This document shows positions 25,856-38,103 of a DNA stretch of 64,000 nucleotides, piece after piece. A program made the position numbers and the translations under genes. The notes under the pieces were generated by a model, which saw only the letters and a list, made by a program, of their open reading frames with translations, did not search any database and had not been told where the DNA came from. Every line of letters starts with the position of its first letter. Position 1 is the stretch's first letter. The stretch comes from Tubulanus polymorphus. Taxonomy: Eukaryota; Animalia; Nemertea. The stretch spans positions 13,194,275-13,258,274 of the forward strand of contig NC_134032.1 in assembly GCF_964204645.1 (NCBI RefSeq). Direction: 5' to 3'.

Positions 25856-26458
25856 GATAATGTACCGTCTTCCCGACTTAACTCAGGTTACGTTATAACG
25901 TCTGAAGCATTATCAGAACGCATGAAACACTGGCCATTTATTCTCCTTATTTCGTTATTCTCCTTATTATCGAGTTGATGAAAATCAGCAGAATTGTAAT
26001 GTACTCTAATTAACGAAATAACTGCGCTCCTTCAGATATAAACTCTATCAGACGTCACAGTTTGGATGCAATGTACACGTTTATACGAAGTTAGGTAATA
26101 TCGAATTTACGCCTCAATGCCACCCGACGCTTAACTGGCTCTTTTAATCTCGACGACTTATGTATCGAATTTGTTCGATAGTTTCGAACGCGATGCGTGT
26201 GACACGAGGGTATTCGACATTGTGTTGCGCGATGGTAGGGTAACGAATATCAATCATTTAGCTTTCGTTTTTACATAAAGGTAGATGTACCGTACATATT
26301 TCGTATTGGAATGAAACTGGGGTGAAGGACGGAGAGGCCGATGTATGAACTGGGCTTTTAATGTTTCATCCCGTCACGAGAAGCGAGGTATAAACCTTTA
26401 TAGTCATATGTTTGATTTCTTTTTCATTTTCTTTTATCCAACAGGTGAACAAAGAATA

Positions 26459-29400
26459 ATGACCGATTGTCAAAGATCTCCGCTGAAAATCTGCACTATA
26501 GTTGTCAGTATTTTAGCAGTAGGTTCTTTGCTGTTTTCTTACTCGCAACTCGAGATTTCTAATTTGACTAAGCATAATTCGTTGGCTGGAATAGTTTATA
26601 AATACATAACGGTAAGATCAAATGCGCTAATGGTCTATCCACTGGACGTCAAAGAACCGGACTCACCGGAAATACCGTGTACAATGCGAAAAACTAAATA
26701 TTCCGGGTCGACTCCAATATGCGTTTACAAAGCGACAGTTGACACAGTCGTGTCCAAGGCTATATTGATAAACGGGGCTTGGGAACCTCACCTAACCGAA
26801 CTTATGGAGGAACTTTTCCGTCGCGACCCACATTTGAACTTACTCGATTTCGGGTCGAATATCGGCGCTTTTACGGTAACGGCGCTAAAAAGCGGTCGTA
26901 AAGTCGTCGCGGTCGATCCTAAAGCGGGGAACCTGCGCCGAATCAGAATGTCGATTCATAAAGGTAATCTGACCGGCGCGGTTTTAGTACAGAACGGTTT
27001 ATCGGACTTCCGAACAACGGCGACTTTTCATCAACATCACAGCAACAACGGCGGTTCATACCTCACTGATAGCAATTTGAATTTAACGTATGGTTATAAC
27101 GCCGCAGTGAAGTTTCAAGTTAGAACGATTTTAGTGACCGATTTGATACCGTTGATAAAATTCAAACGAGCTATGATTAAGATAGATATTCAGGGTTTCG
27201 AGTACAAGGCTTTTCGAAATCTCGATGCGTTATTGAAAGTTGTAGATATACCCTTTATACAAATGGAATGGGTGATGGTTAAGTTAGGAGAGACTGGTAA
27301 TCGTATGGTAGCGCTGATGTATAAACTGGGCTATCAATGTTTTCAGAGCGTACTAAATGGCGCTCCTTGTCCGGGTAACGACCACACTAAATGGCCGTAT
27401 GACGTAGTTTGGGTGAGAACTGATGCCACTGTTTACCCTGGAGCATATGAAGCTATTCGTATTTGGAACGGGAAGCCACCAGTCACACATATAACGACAG
27501 CTTCTCCAATAAACGGCGTCGCAATCGTCTATCCGCTCAACATCAAAGAACCAGACTCGCCGGAAATACCGTGTACAATGCGAAAAACTAAATATTCCGG
27601 GTCGACTCCAATATGCGTTTACAAAGCGACAGTTGACACAGTCGTGTCCAAGGCTATATTGATAAACGGGGCTTGGGAACCTCACCTAACCGAACTTATG
27701 GAGGAATTTTTCCGTCGCGATCCTAATTTGAACTTGTTCGATTTCGGTTCGAATGTCGGCTCCTTCGCGATAACGGCGCTAAAAAGCGGTCGTAAAGTCG
27801 TCGCGGTCGATCCTAAAGCGGGGAACCTGCGCCGAATCAGAATGTCGATTCATAAAGGTAATCTGACCGGCGCAGTTTTAGTACAGAACGGTTTATCGGA
27901 CTTCCGAACAACGGCGACTTTTCATCAACATCACAGCAACAACGGCGGTTCATACCTCACTGATAGCAATTTGAATTTAACGTATGGTTATAACGCCGCA
28001 GTGAAGTTTCAAGTTAGAACGATTTTAGTGACCGATTTGATACCGTTGATAAAATTCAAACGAGCTATGATTAAGATAGATATTCAGGGTTTCGAGTACA
28101 AGGCTTTTCGAAATCTCGATGCGTTATTGAAAGTTGTAGATATACCCTTTATACAAATGGAATGGGTGATGGTTAAGTTAGGAGAGACTGGTAATCGTAT
28201 GGTAGCGCTGATGTATAAACTGGGCTATCAATGTTTTCAGAGCGTACTAAATGGCGCTCCTTGTCCGGGTAACGACCACACTAAATGGCCGTATGACGTA
28301 GTTTGGGTGAGAACTGATGCCACTGTTTACCCTGGAGCATATGAAGCTATTCGTATTTGGAACGGGAAGCCACCAGTCACACATATAACGACAGCTTCTC
28401 CAATAAACGGCGTCGCAATCGTCTATCCGCTCAACATCAAAGAACCAGACTCGCCGGAATTACCGTGTACAATGCGAAAAACTAAATATTCCGGGTCGAC
28501 TCCAATATGCGTTTACAAAGCGACAGTTGACACAGTCGTGTCCAAGGCTATATTGATAAACGGGGCTTGGGAACCTCACCTAACCGAACTTATGGAGGAA
28601 CTTTTCCGTCGCGATCCTAATTTGAACTTGTTCGATTTCGGTTCGAATGTCGGCTCCTTCGCGATAACGGCGCTAAAAAGCGGTCGTAAAGTCGTCGCGG
28701 TCGATCCTAAAGCGGGGAACCTGCGCCGAATCAGAATGTCGATTCATAAAGGTAATCTGACCGGCGCAGTTTTAGTACAGAACGGTTTATCGGACTTCCG
28801 AACAACGGCGACTTTTCATCAACATCACAGCAACAACGGCGGTTCATACCTCACTGATAGCAATTTGAATTTAACGTATGGTTATAACGCCGCAGTGAAG
28901 TTTCAAGTTAGAACGATTTTAGTGACCGATTTGATACCGTTGATAAAATTCAAACGAGCTATGATTAAGATAGATATTCAGGGTTTCGAGTACAAGGCTT
29001 TTCGAAATCTCGATGCGTTATTGAAAGTTTTAGATATACCCTTTATACAAATGGAATGGGTGATGGTTAAGTTAGGAGAGACTGGTAATCGTATGGTAGC
29101 GCTGATGTATAAACTGGGCTATCAATGTTTTCAGAGCGTACTAAATGGCGCTCCTTGTCCGGGTAACGACCACACTAAATGGCCGTATGACGTAGTTTGG
29201 GTGAGAACTGATGCCACTGTTTACCCTGGAGCATATGAAGCTATTCGTATTTGGAACGGGAAGCCACCAGTCACACATATAACGACAGCTTCTCCAATAA
29301 ACGGCGTCACAATCGTCTATCCGCTCAACATCAAAGAACCAGACTCGCCGGAAATACCGTGTGCAACGCAAAAAACCAAATATTCCGGGTCGACTCCAAT

Positions 29401-30178
29401 ATGTGTTTATAACGCGACAGTTGACACGATCCTGTCCAATGCTATATTGAAAAATGGGGCTTGGGAACCTCACCTAACCGGACTCATGGAGGAACTTTTC
29501 CGTCGCGACCCACATTTGAACTTACTCGATTTCGGGTCGAATGTCGGCGTTTTTACGGTAACGGCGCTAAAAAGCGGTCGTAAAGTCGTTGCGGTCGATC
29601 CTAAAGCGGGGAATCTGCGCCGAATCAGAATGTCGATTCATAAAGGTAATCTGACCGGCGCGGTTTTAGTACAGAACGGTTTATCGGACTTCCGAACAAC
29701 GGCGACTTTTCATCAACATCACAGCAACATCGGCGGTTCATACCTCACTGATAGCAATTGGAATTTAACGTATGGTTATAACGCCGCAGTGAAGTTTCAA
29801 GTTAGAACGATTTTAGTGACCGATTTGATACCGTTGATAAAATTCAAACGAGCTATGATTAAGATAGATATTCAGGGTTTCGAGTACAAGGCTTTTCGAA
29901 ATCTCGATGCGTTATTGAAAGTTGTAGATATACCCTTTATACAGATGGAATGGGTGATGGTTAAGTTAGGAGAGACTGGTAATCGTATGGTAGCGCTGAT
30001 GTATAAACTGGGCTATCAATGTTTTCAGAGCGTACTAAATGGCGCTCCTTGTCCGGGTAACGACCACACTAAATGGCCGTATGACGTAGTTTGGGTCAGA
30101 ACTGATACCAAAGTTTACCCCGGAGCATCGGAAGCTATTCGTATTTGGAACGGGAAACCAAAACCTTCGTCGAGGTGA
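26459..30178 (+). CDS. FkbM-family methyltransferase, type II membrane anchor, 4 tandem catalytic modules (1239 aa)
   Basis: Acceptor at 26444, ATG 26459. Linker recurs at 27481, 28375 and 29269 (period 894 bp). Uninterrupted frame; all modules keep DFGSNxG and KIDIQGFE. Confidence 0.9.
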   Translation: MTDCQRSPLKICTIVVSILAVGSLLFSYSQLEISNLTKHNSLAGIVYKYITVRSNALMVYPLDVKEPDSPEIPCTMRKTKYSGSTPICVYKATVDTVVSKAILINGAWEPHLTELMEELFRRDPHLNLLDFGSNIGAFTVTALKSGRKVVAVDPKAGNLRRIRMSIHKGNLTGAVLVQNGLSDFRTTATFHQHHSNNGGSYLTDSNLNLTYGYNAAVKFQVRTILVTDLIPLIKFKRAMIKIDIQGFEYKAFRNLDALLKVVDIPFIQMEWVMVKLGETGNRMVALMYKLGYQCFQSVLNGAPCPGNDHTKWPYDVVWVRTDATVYPGAYEAIRIWNGKPPVTHITTASPINGVAIVYPLNIKEPDSPEIPCTMRKTKYSGSTPICVYKATVDTVVSKAILINGAWEPHLTELMEEFFRRDPNLNLFDFGSNVGSFAITALKSGRKVVAVDPKAGNLRRIRMSIHKGNLTGAVLVQNGLSDFRTTATFHQHHSNNGGSYLTDSNLNLTYGYNAAVKFQVRTILVTDLIPLIKFKRAMIKIDIQGFEYKAFRNLDALLKVVDIPFIQMEWVMVKLGETGNRMVALMYKLGYQCFQSVLNGAPCPGNDHTKWPYDVVWVRTDATVYPGAYEAIRIWNGKPPVTHITTASPINGVAIVYPLNIKEPDSPELPCTMRKTKYSGSTPICVYKATVDTVVSKAILINGAWEPHLTELMEELFRRDPNLNLFDFGSNVGSFAITALKSGRKVVAVDPKAGNLRRIRMSIHKGNLTGAVLVQNGLSDFRTTATFHQHHSNNGGSYLTDSNLNLTYGYNAAVKFQVRTILVTDLIPLIKFKRAMIKIDIQGFEYKAFRNLDALLKVLDIPFIQMEWVMVKLGETGNRMVALMYKLGYQCFQSVLNGAPCPGNDHTKWPYDVVWVRTDATVYPGAYEAIRIWNGKPPVTHITTASPINGVTIVYPLNIKEPDSPEIPCATQKTKYSGSTPICVYNATVDTILSNAILKNGAWEPHLTGLMEELFRRDPHLNLLDFGSNVGVFTVTALKSGRKVVAVDPKAGNLRRIRMSIHKGNLTGAVLVQNGLSDFRTTATFHQHHSNIGGSYLTDSNWNLTYGYNAAVKFQVRTILVTDLIPLIKFKRAMIKIDIQGFEYKAFRNLDALLKVVDIPFIQMEWVMVKLGETGNRMVALMYKLGYQCFQSVLNGAPCPGNDHTKWPYDVVWVRTDTKVYPGASEAIRIWNGKPKPSSR

Positions 30179-31486
30179 AAGCCGGTCAGATGTTGTACAC
30201 TATATACGCAGGCGTGGATCTGTAGACTTTCAGGTGCCCCCCCCCAAAAAAAACCTTTCCCGTCAAAAATTTGGTATCTCCTGGGGACGTCCAACGGCCC
30301 GTTACGTATGTTCGTCATTGGTTGAAAGAAGCTCAAATGCTTGGAAATTGCAACTGCATGGGCTTACTTTTCAAGAAAGGAAAGGACTCCAGATCCCCCA
30401 TGGCTTCGCGCCATCGATGCTCGCTATCGTGGATAGTGCTTCTTTTTGGTAATTATTGCCCTTTTCATCGGTTTGGGTGCTGCCCCTAAATATAAGCTGA
30501 TGTTAACTGATATTTTCCTTCTCCTTTTTTTCTTTAAAAATGTAAACGTTTACAAATAGATAAATATATATTTTATAACATAGAAAAATAAGGTTTCCAC
30601 TTTTTGAAGCGGACATAAACATTGTTACAATATCATAGTCTTATTTATTGATAACTATTATGCTGCTATGAGTAAACGGGTACCTGGTAGATGCGTGAGT
30701 TGATGTACTGCGCACTGTCTGCCTCTTTGGCAATTGTGAATATTGGCCTTCAATTCTATGACACTTTAATTCCTGTCTAATGAATTCTATGTCTGGCGAG
30801 TGCCGTGGTCTTGTGCTAAACTTTAAGCATTCCAATTCTAATTTATTCCAATAAACATAATTTATATTCCTAAATGTTGTTTGTATTGTATATAAATGTA
30901 TCAGTGCTATTCTCGGCGTCTTGGTCTAAGGTCACAGGGGAAGTCCCGGACCCACTATCAGTTAAGGGCTGCACTGGTCATAGTAATGGAAAATAATCTT
31001 GAATCGTATTTGGAAGCACATACAACTCCACTGATTTTTTCCCTCAAATTCGTATGCAAATACGACCAACATATCAGCATTAAATTCTCAGTACCGGTAA
31101 GACAAACTCGGTTCGGAACAAGACTTCACACAGTGTTCCGGCTCGGGCCCTGAGAAAATTCGTCAGACAACTCCGGTGGATTGTCCGGGCCCTGCTACTT
31201 TAATCCGTGCTACGGTACTAAGCACAATTTACCTATAAAAACCGTTCGGAAGTTTGTCGATTTTTATTTAGTGAAGAACGGCCTGTAAGCCGGCTCAGGG
31301 TGACAGTCATCCACATTCAACTATCTCAATAAACATTGACTTGAATTGTGCCTTTAGCCCGAGTCAATATCCCTGATTTAGCGTAACCGTACTCCTGAAG
31401 GTCGTCCGTCCTGCTGCTCCGAACATAAACAAATCATTATCGTAGTAAATTGGTGACCAATTCAGGTCTTCCCTCCTAATTGATAT

Positions 31487-34400
31487 ATGGACGATGACAA
31501 GAGGTTGCTGTCAGTTGGTTTGGTCTGTATAGATGTTTTAGCCTATTGTGAACAATTTCCAGCCGAAGACACGGATACAAGGTACAATTATCTGTCGGGA
31601 GTTGAACGTGCTCTGACTAGAGTAGCACTAAATGCAGGATGGGTGGTGACATTTTCTTGAATTGAATTCATTCAATAGCGTCAAGGTCGCCCACGGTCAA
31701 CGTCGTCCTGTCCTGTGGCTTTTTGACTCGCAACCGAGAGTTTGTGGGTTCAAATCCTAGTGAAACGATGTTATTGTTATTCGAAGGCAGGACGCATCAT
31801 CTATCTCCCGATGACTCACTGATTTAACAACAAACCTGAAAATAGTAATACTTGTCCTATGAGGGTTTGAAAGATAACTCGAAAAGAGTCCCTGTGGGGT
31901 GCCCAGACAAATACTGTTGCACTAGCACATATAGAAGTGTAGAATAAACTTAATAAAGTATAACTACTATATAGTGTATAGTAATATTTAAACCTGATAC
32001 TCGTATCAACAATTAAAACCATTTTCCGTAGAGACAAGTGTAGTGAAAATGAAGAAATAACACCCATATACTGAAATACACGCAAAGAAAACAGCGCCAA
32101 ATCTCGGAATGACAATACACGCGCTGCAGTTAAAGAGCCATAGGAAAAAAACTAGGCAAGATATCTTAAAATTTCAAAGTTCACCTGAAAGGGGGCGTTT
32201 ATGCGCACAGTGCTTGAAATGTTTGGATTTTTTAGAAAATTATTTCTGAAAAAAACGAACTTCAAAGTTCAGTACCCTGGATTTCTATGCGCACGGCAAA
32301 AACTGACCACCGATTTTTATATATATCGCTCTCATGTCGCATTGTTGTAAATTTGAGAAATGATTTTAACATAACTGAAAACTAGAGATTCACGCGGTTT
32401 GAATGTTGCTGAAGTTGTCAAAATCCATCCATGGACAGATGAAATATGATACAATACACATCAAGGATAGTTTTTAAAAAAGAGAAAAAAATGACCTAAC
32501 AATACGGGACAAAAGTACCCTAACAAAATGGCGGCTAGCAACTGTAAAATAGTTTATACTTTCATTCTTCTACTTGGATATCGGTGAAATTTTCATCAAA
32601 TTGATTCATTTAAGAGAAAAGTTCATTCAGATTTAATTGAAATGTAGAAGAAATCGAACTCGGACGACTAACTATCTACCAGCGACTCTGGCGGATCCTC
32701 GTCTGCCATACGTGGACTCCTTGATTGCCACAGTAGCACTGCGGGTACCCGATTGTCTTCAAAATTGATCATAGCATGGTTTATCGGTTTCACACTATAA
32801 GAGTGGCTCCGAAAATATCCAAATGACAATATTCAGAGTCATTCTCCAGTAGCTAACTGTGGGTAGACTTGTTTTTGGTACCAACCGACTAAGAAATTCC
32901 GACGTTGAAAGTTTGCGTTTTTAGTTACGCACGTAATAGCCTCATGAACTGAAGGGGGATTTCATTTCTAGAGTGAAGGGAATGAAATGGACGCGAGGCG
33001 GGAATGCATCGAACAACTGCACGGTTTGGTCGCTTTTAGGAGAGCGGTGCGAGTTCTTTGGGTCGATCCCATTCTGTTCACAAACCAGGTAAGAGATCAA
33101 GATGCGAATATGTTTTCGAAATTAATGGAAAGAAATTTTTGAATGAATAGGTGTTGCTTCCTACGCCAGCGACAACTGACCACACCTTAGACCTGGTTTC
33201 ACTGAACGATACTCAGTCAGATACTAACCCTGTTTCAAAATAACACTAAGAAATGCGGTAGACTCAGTCTCTTATGCACTAAAATTGAGAATTGTAAAAT
33301 TCGACCCCGAGTTGGTGTCAAATATATCGAATAAGAGTTTGAGAAATACAGTAGACTCTGTCTCTAACTGCACTAAAATTGAGAATTGTAAAATTCGACC
33401 CCGAGTTGGTGTCAAATATATTGAATAAAAGTTTGAGAAATACAGTAGACTCCGTCTCTTACTGCCGTAAAGATGAGACTGGTAAAATTCTACTCCGAGT
33501 TCTTGCTGAGTTGGCGTCAAGTTTCTGAAAGGAGTCTCTTACTTTCAATGAAACAGGGCATGGCTGTCAGAAGTATTCCAAATTAGTTAGCTAAGGTCTA
33601 GGAATCTTTTTAAAGCAGCACACTTTTTATCGTCTCCAAACGTCATGCCTGAAAACACAAAATCGTGAATTCGTTGTTTCTTAATCATTCGGTTCAGGTT
33701 CATTGAAGAGGATTTCGACAAATATCATATTTCGCACGAGAACTGCATCCGTCACGCTGGTTGCGATTTCTCAATCTGTTGTGGTATCATCAACTCGACA
33801 AATGGCTCCAGGACGTTCGTTTACGATGACAGGTATTGAAATAAGATAATGGTCATATCCAGGGGGCTGCTAGTCTGAATACCAGTCGTTGTTACGGTTC
33901 CCTACAACGTTGTTTGGAGAACAATGGCTAGGTACTGGACTATGGGGCTGCCAACCGCTGGCAAGTGCTATCAGCAACAAGTTGAATATCTGAATATTAT
34001 AACTCATGTGAAATGTGGGTGATCAGTTTGTTGAAAGTGTGTTGATGAAATGTCTAATGTCTGGTGTTTGTAGTTCATTTTCATGTATAAAAATGTCTCT
34101 GGTAAGGTACTGAAATGCGGATGAACAGTTATTGGATGTATTTTCATATTAATTCTTTAGGTCTCAACCCGAGGTGAAATTTGAGGAATTCGTCGAAAAA
34201 ATTGACCTGAAATCGGGAAAATACAAATGGATTCATTTCCAGGTTCGCATTTAATTTGAATTTCGGTTCTAATAAAATAAGGCTCGTTGTAGACTCTAAC
34301 GTCTAGTGATTGATACCATCTTGGAGTAATTATTTCATAAACGGTCACGATGGAATCTCGGTGAACACTTTCCTCAAGTTAGAAAAGACACATCTACCCT

Positions 34401-36528
34401 ATTTTGTTTACTTTTTGGCGAGCTCCCTACAGCTCTGCGTCAAGAGAATAACAACATCGCAGTCTGAACTCAGTCTGTGTATATAAAAAAAAAATCATTA
34501 GACTTTAAAACGAAGTTATGCAGCGAGAAATTGAAATTCGTGTTTAATTTTCTATAGGGCCGGCCAGCTGAAAACGACATACTGAAAATGTTACAACACG
34601 TCGACGAATGGAATAAAACTGCGTCAATTAATGAGCGAATAAAAACATCCGTCGAGATCGAAGTGGATAGGGATAGTTTAGGTAACCATCACCTTCACTG
34701 AGAACTATTAAAAGTGTTTGAAAAAGTCGTCACTCGGTCACAGTTAGTATCGATGTGCCAATATTCTTCAGACCGAGTTTGTAGGTTATCAAAATCAGTA
34801 TCATCGATTCGATTATTTTCAAAATTGATAAAAGTGCGAAGCCATCTGTTAAGTGGAAACTAAGAATATTCAAAAGTTGTCACTCGGTCACAGTTTCTAT
34901 CGGTTTGAATATTCTTCAGAGACTGAGTTCGCAGATGATTTAAAATCAGCCTGCAACATTTATATATAATAATAATAATAATATTTTATATCTTTATTGT
35001 CAGAGAATATTCTCGTATGACTCATACAAATATAAATATAAACGGATACAGTTAGTAAAGACATTTACACATTCATACAACTGCAAAATCAGTAAAAGTG
35101 ATTACATATTATGATCTGATTTGATAAACTAGATCAATGAAGTGATTAAATATCTTTTACTTTTTTCAAAAACTTTGAAAAATTGATACTATTGAGAGGG
35201 TTTCTCATAAATTAGGCAACTTTATATGTGTTTGGACGAATAATAATATTTCTTAGGATGTGTATGGCGCGTGCATTACTGTACTGAGGGCAATGTAAAA
35301 TAACATGGACTTCGTCCTCTATCTCATTAAGATTACAAAATTCACATATGCGTTGATGATGGGGTATAGGGGGGCGCAGCCATCTCCCAGTTTCCACACG
35401 CAGGTCATGACTAGAGCATCTGAACCGTGGATCTTATCTGTTTCGGATGTATGCATATTTACTCATGCATATATTGTAATTTAAACGTTTTGTAATTTGT
35501 GGATATTTCTTGCTAAGTAATTTCCTATATTTTGTTTCCAGTTGTTCTACTGGACGCCGCCGACTACGTATTCATCAGTAAAGAGTACGCCATTCATAAA
35601 GGATTCTCGTCACCTGAATACGCGCTCGCCGGTTTCGCCGAGAAAGTTCGTTCCGGGTACGTAACGAAAGCTGAATAACTGCTAGGGCGGATTTAGGGCG
35701 TGGTCTCGAGGTCCGGACACCTGCCTTCCCATTGAGGTTGCCTTTTTCCTCAAAACGTCAAAACCTGTAAATTTGACGCTAATCTTCTCGCAAATTGCTA
35801 CCTTTCGGATGTTTTTCTTCGTGAATATCTAAAACTAAGGTCTTTAACTTGACCGCTTTATCCGGGACGACGCCTTTTCTTTTCATCTCGACCCTGGCCT
35901 TCCAGTTTTCCTAGATCTGTCCCTGAACTGAGACTTGAAACTCGCCCGTGGGACTAGTAGAAATCTGTCAAATCTAGGTATTCGATGATGTCATTGGGGG
36001 TTGACTTGTGCTGCTGGGGGAGCAAGACTGGTCTCTGTGATGCGATCATTGCTGGCAGTGGCAAGTCCGACCTACGCCTCGCGTATAAGTACCTGCTATT
36101 TTCTGGAGGGGACTGGCTAATTTATGATGTCTCGGTAGGAATTTGACGAGGCAGCCATCTACATTTCTGTAAAGAATTAAAGCCAATGTTTGATGGTTAT
36201 ATCTGGGGATTTCAATGAGATGAACGCGTTTTCTGGTTTTGAAGTTTGATCTCGTCGTTCTTTCTCTCGTTTTAGGGCCGCTGTTATTTGTCCTTGGGGC
36301 GAAAAAGGAGCGTTCGCCCGCGACTGCGACGGTGCTGAATACGAGTCGAAGGCGTTTGTACCGGACGCCGTGGTCGATACGCTCGGCGCCGGGGACACGT
36401 TCATCGCCGCGGTGATATCCCGCCTGAGTCGGGCAGACGATCTGCGCGAGTCGATTCGTTACGGCTGCCGAATCGCCGGTTACAAATGCGGCCACGTGGG
36501 TTTCGATCGAATTCGTGATGTGCTATAG
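31487..36528 (+). CDS. KHK: Ketohexokinase-like (PfkB family) paralog 1; exons 31487-31581, 32972-33088, 33698-33832, 34161-34242, 34558-34681, 35542-35656, 36276-36528
   Basis: Spliced translation LSVGLVCID...FPAED / WTRGGNASNNCTV / NSTNGSRT / KWIHFQGR / SVEIE / VFISKE / VVDTLGAGDTF...AGYKCG..GFD. All junctions GT-AG and phase-compatible. Confidence 0.92.
33227..33560. repeat. MITE-like element with internal ~98-bp tandem repeats; inverted relatives at ~37310-37565
   Basis: Ends CCCTGTTTCA / TGAAACAGGG. Repeated AAAATTCGACCCCGAGTTGG is the reverse complement of CCAACTCGGGGTAGAATTTT repeated at 37.3-37.6 kb. Confidence 0.6.
35180..35428 (-). mobile_element. Old LINE 3' remnant (CCHC region) in KHK-1 intron 5
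   Basis: FRCSSHDLRVETGRW...RICEFCNLNEIEDEVHVILHCPQY. Confidence 0.8.
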
Positions 36529-38103
36529 TTCGATAAAGATGAATTTCCATCTTGATCACAGTTCTCCGACTTTTATGGTTCGCAGCACATTGTTTGATAT
36601 GATCAGGTTTATGAATGATATATTACCGATAAAGCCTATCTGATAGGCCTATTACATGGTTCCCACAGAAATTGGGAAAAACTTGGCAATACTGAAAAAA
36701 TAATACTTTCCAGTTTGGACATATTTAGGAATTTGATACATTTTCCTCTTATCCAGACAATATTTAGGAATTAATTGTCACTTCAAGTATACTATAGTTC
36801 CGGGATCTGGATTACTTTCCCAAGGGTAACTTTCTTCGGCAATTTTTCTCGAAAATCTCCATCTATAAACAAGTCACCACTAAAGTGTTGACCAGCAGAT
36901 GGTCGATGGTAGTAAGGACCATCCCCATTTAGAAAAACTGAAAAATCACCTTGATATGCCGAGTTCTTGTAACTGTAGGAGTGCGCAATGGAGTCAACAT
37001 TTGAGACTCGAGTGGAGTCATTGAAATTGTACTATTTTTAACCAGGAATAAAAATTGTCATGACTGTGGAACTTGATCCTGTTTAAGCATACGTCGAATG
37101 TTGATACATGTAATAATGTTATTGAAATGAATAAATTGTGATGAAATTTTTCCATTTAGAAATAAAATTATACACTTCAAAAAGAACATCTAAATTCATT
37201 GCATTCGTTTATTGTCAGTGGCTGAGTTTTTGGCCCCCGAGAAGGATTGACCGCTTTTCTCGGCAAATTGGCCCCGTTTTTACCGATGAATCCCCATCGT
37301 CCCGGATAGGACGTGAGTCTGCCGTATTCCCGAACTCTTACTCGGCATTCGACTCCAACTCGGGGTAGAATTTTACCAGTCTCGACTTTACCGCAGTAAG
37401 AGACGGAGTCTTTGTATTTCACAAACTCTTACAAAGTATTTGACACCAACTCGGGGTAGAATTTTACCAGTCTTAACTTTACTTCTAGTTATAGAGTCTT
37501 CTGTATTTCCCGAACTCTTACTCGGTATCCCAACTCGGGGTAGGACTTTACCAGTCTCAACGTTACGAGAGTTTGTTTGAACTTAATCGAGTTAAAGATA
37601 TTCTCTTCTGTAGTTATATATCCAAGGAATCTAATTGGCTTTTAGAGTCCGTGATATGTCGAACTGCATCATTCATTGTAAGTCCCGATTTATAAAGAAG
37701 ACTTTTAGTTCAAAGTTTGATAAGATAATAGAAAATGTTTGAACATATATATACACTTTGCACATTACATCTTATCAAATGGACTTTAGTCTACAGCATG
37801 ATGATATCGATAAGAACTACTAGTATCACTAAGCTTATACGTATATAAAGGCACTAATGATAACACCATATCTTACGAATGTTCGAGGCCCAGAGACACA
37901 GGTGTGGAACATCGAGACGTTCGCCAATAAAAGTCCACGGCCGATCACCTTTTTTAAAATTGCGCTGATAAACTGTCTAATGCGCGACGTTACGAAATTA
38001 CTGATATGTCGATGACAGATAACTGGGTCCTGACACACATTTTCTGTTTTTATCCATAGTCCAGATAATCTAGATTTCTAACTTGCTTTATAAACGGATT
38101 GAG

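Larger units (their letters stand above)
1..30178. repeat. Tandem segmental duplication of three units (about 1-9104 partial, 9105-18849, 18850-30178), each a Maverick relic plus an FkbM methyltransferase gene
   Basis: Position 1 recurs at 9589 and ~19333. ORFs repeat with offset 9588-9589, then 8830 after a 758-bp deletion in unit 2 (unit-1 bases 4059-4816 absent at 13646/13647). Unit 3 has larger deletions and insertions. Confidence 0.95.

Noticed and set aside
17387-29473. Antisense ORFs over the FkbM genes (17387-17839, 27353-27685, 29141-29473), also 36046-36495 over KHK-1
   Set aside because: Shadow frames of real coding sequence.
31700-31770. tRNA gene (GGTTCAAATCC B-box; similar at ~45760 and ~44570)
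   Set aside because: No complete cloverleaf; more likely tRNA-derived SINE remnants.
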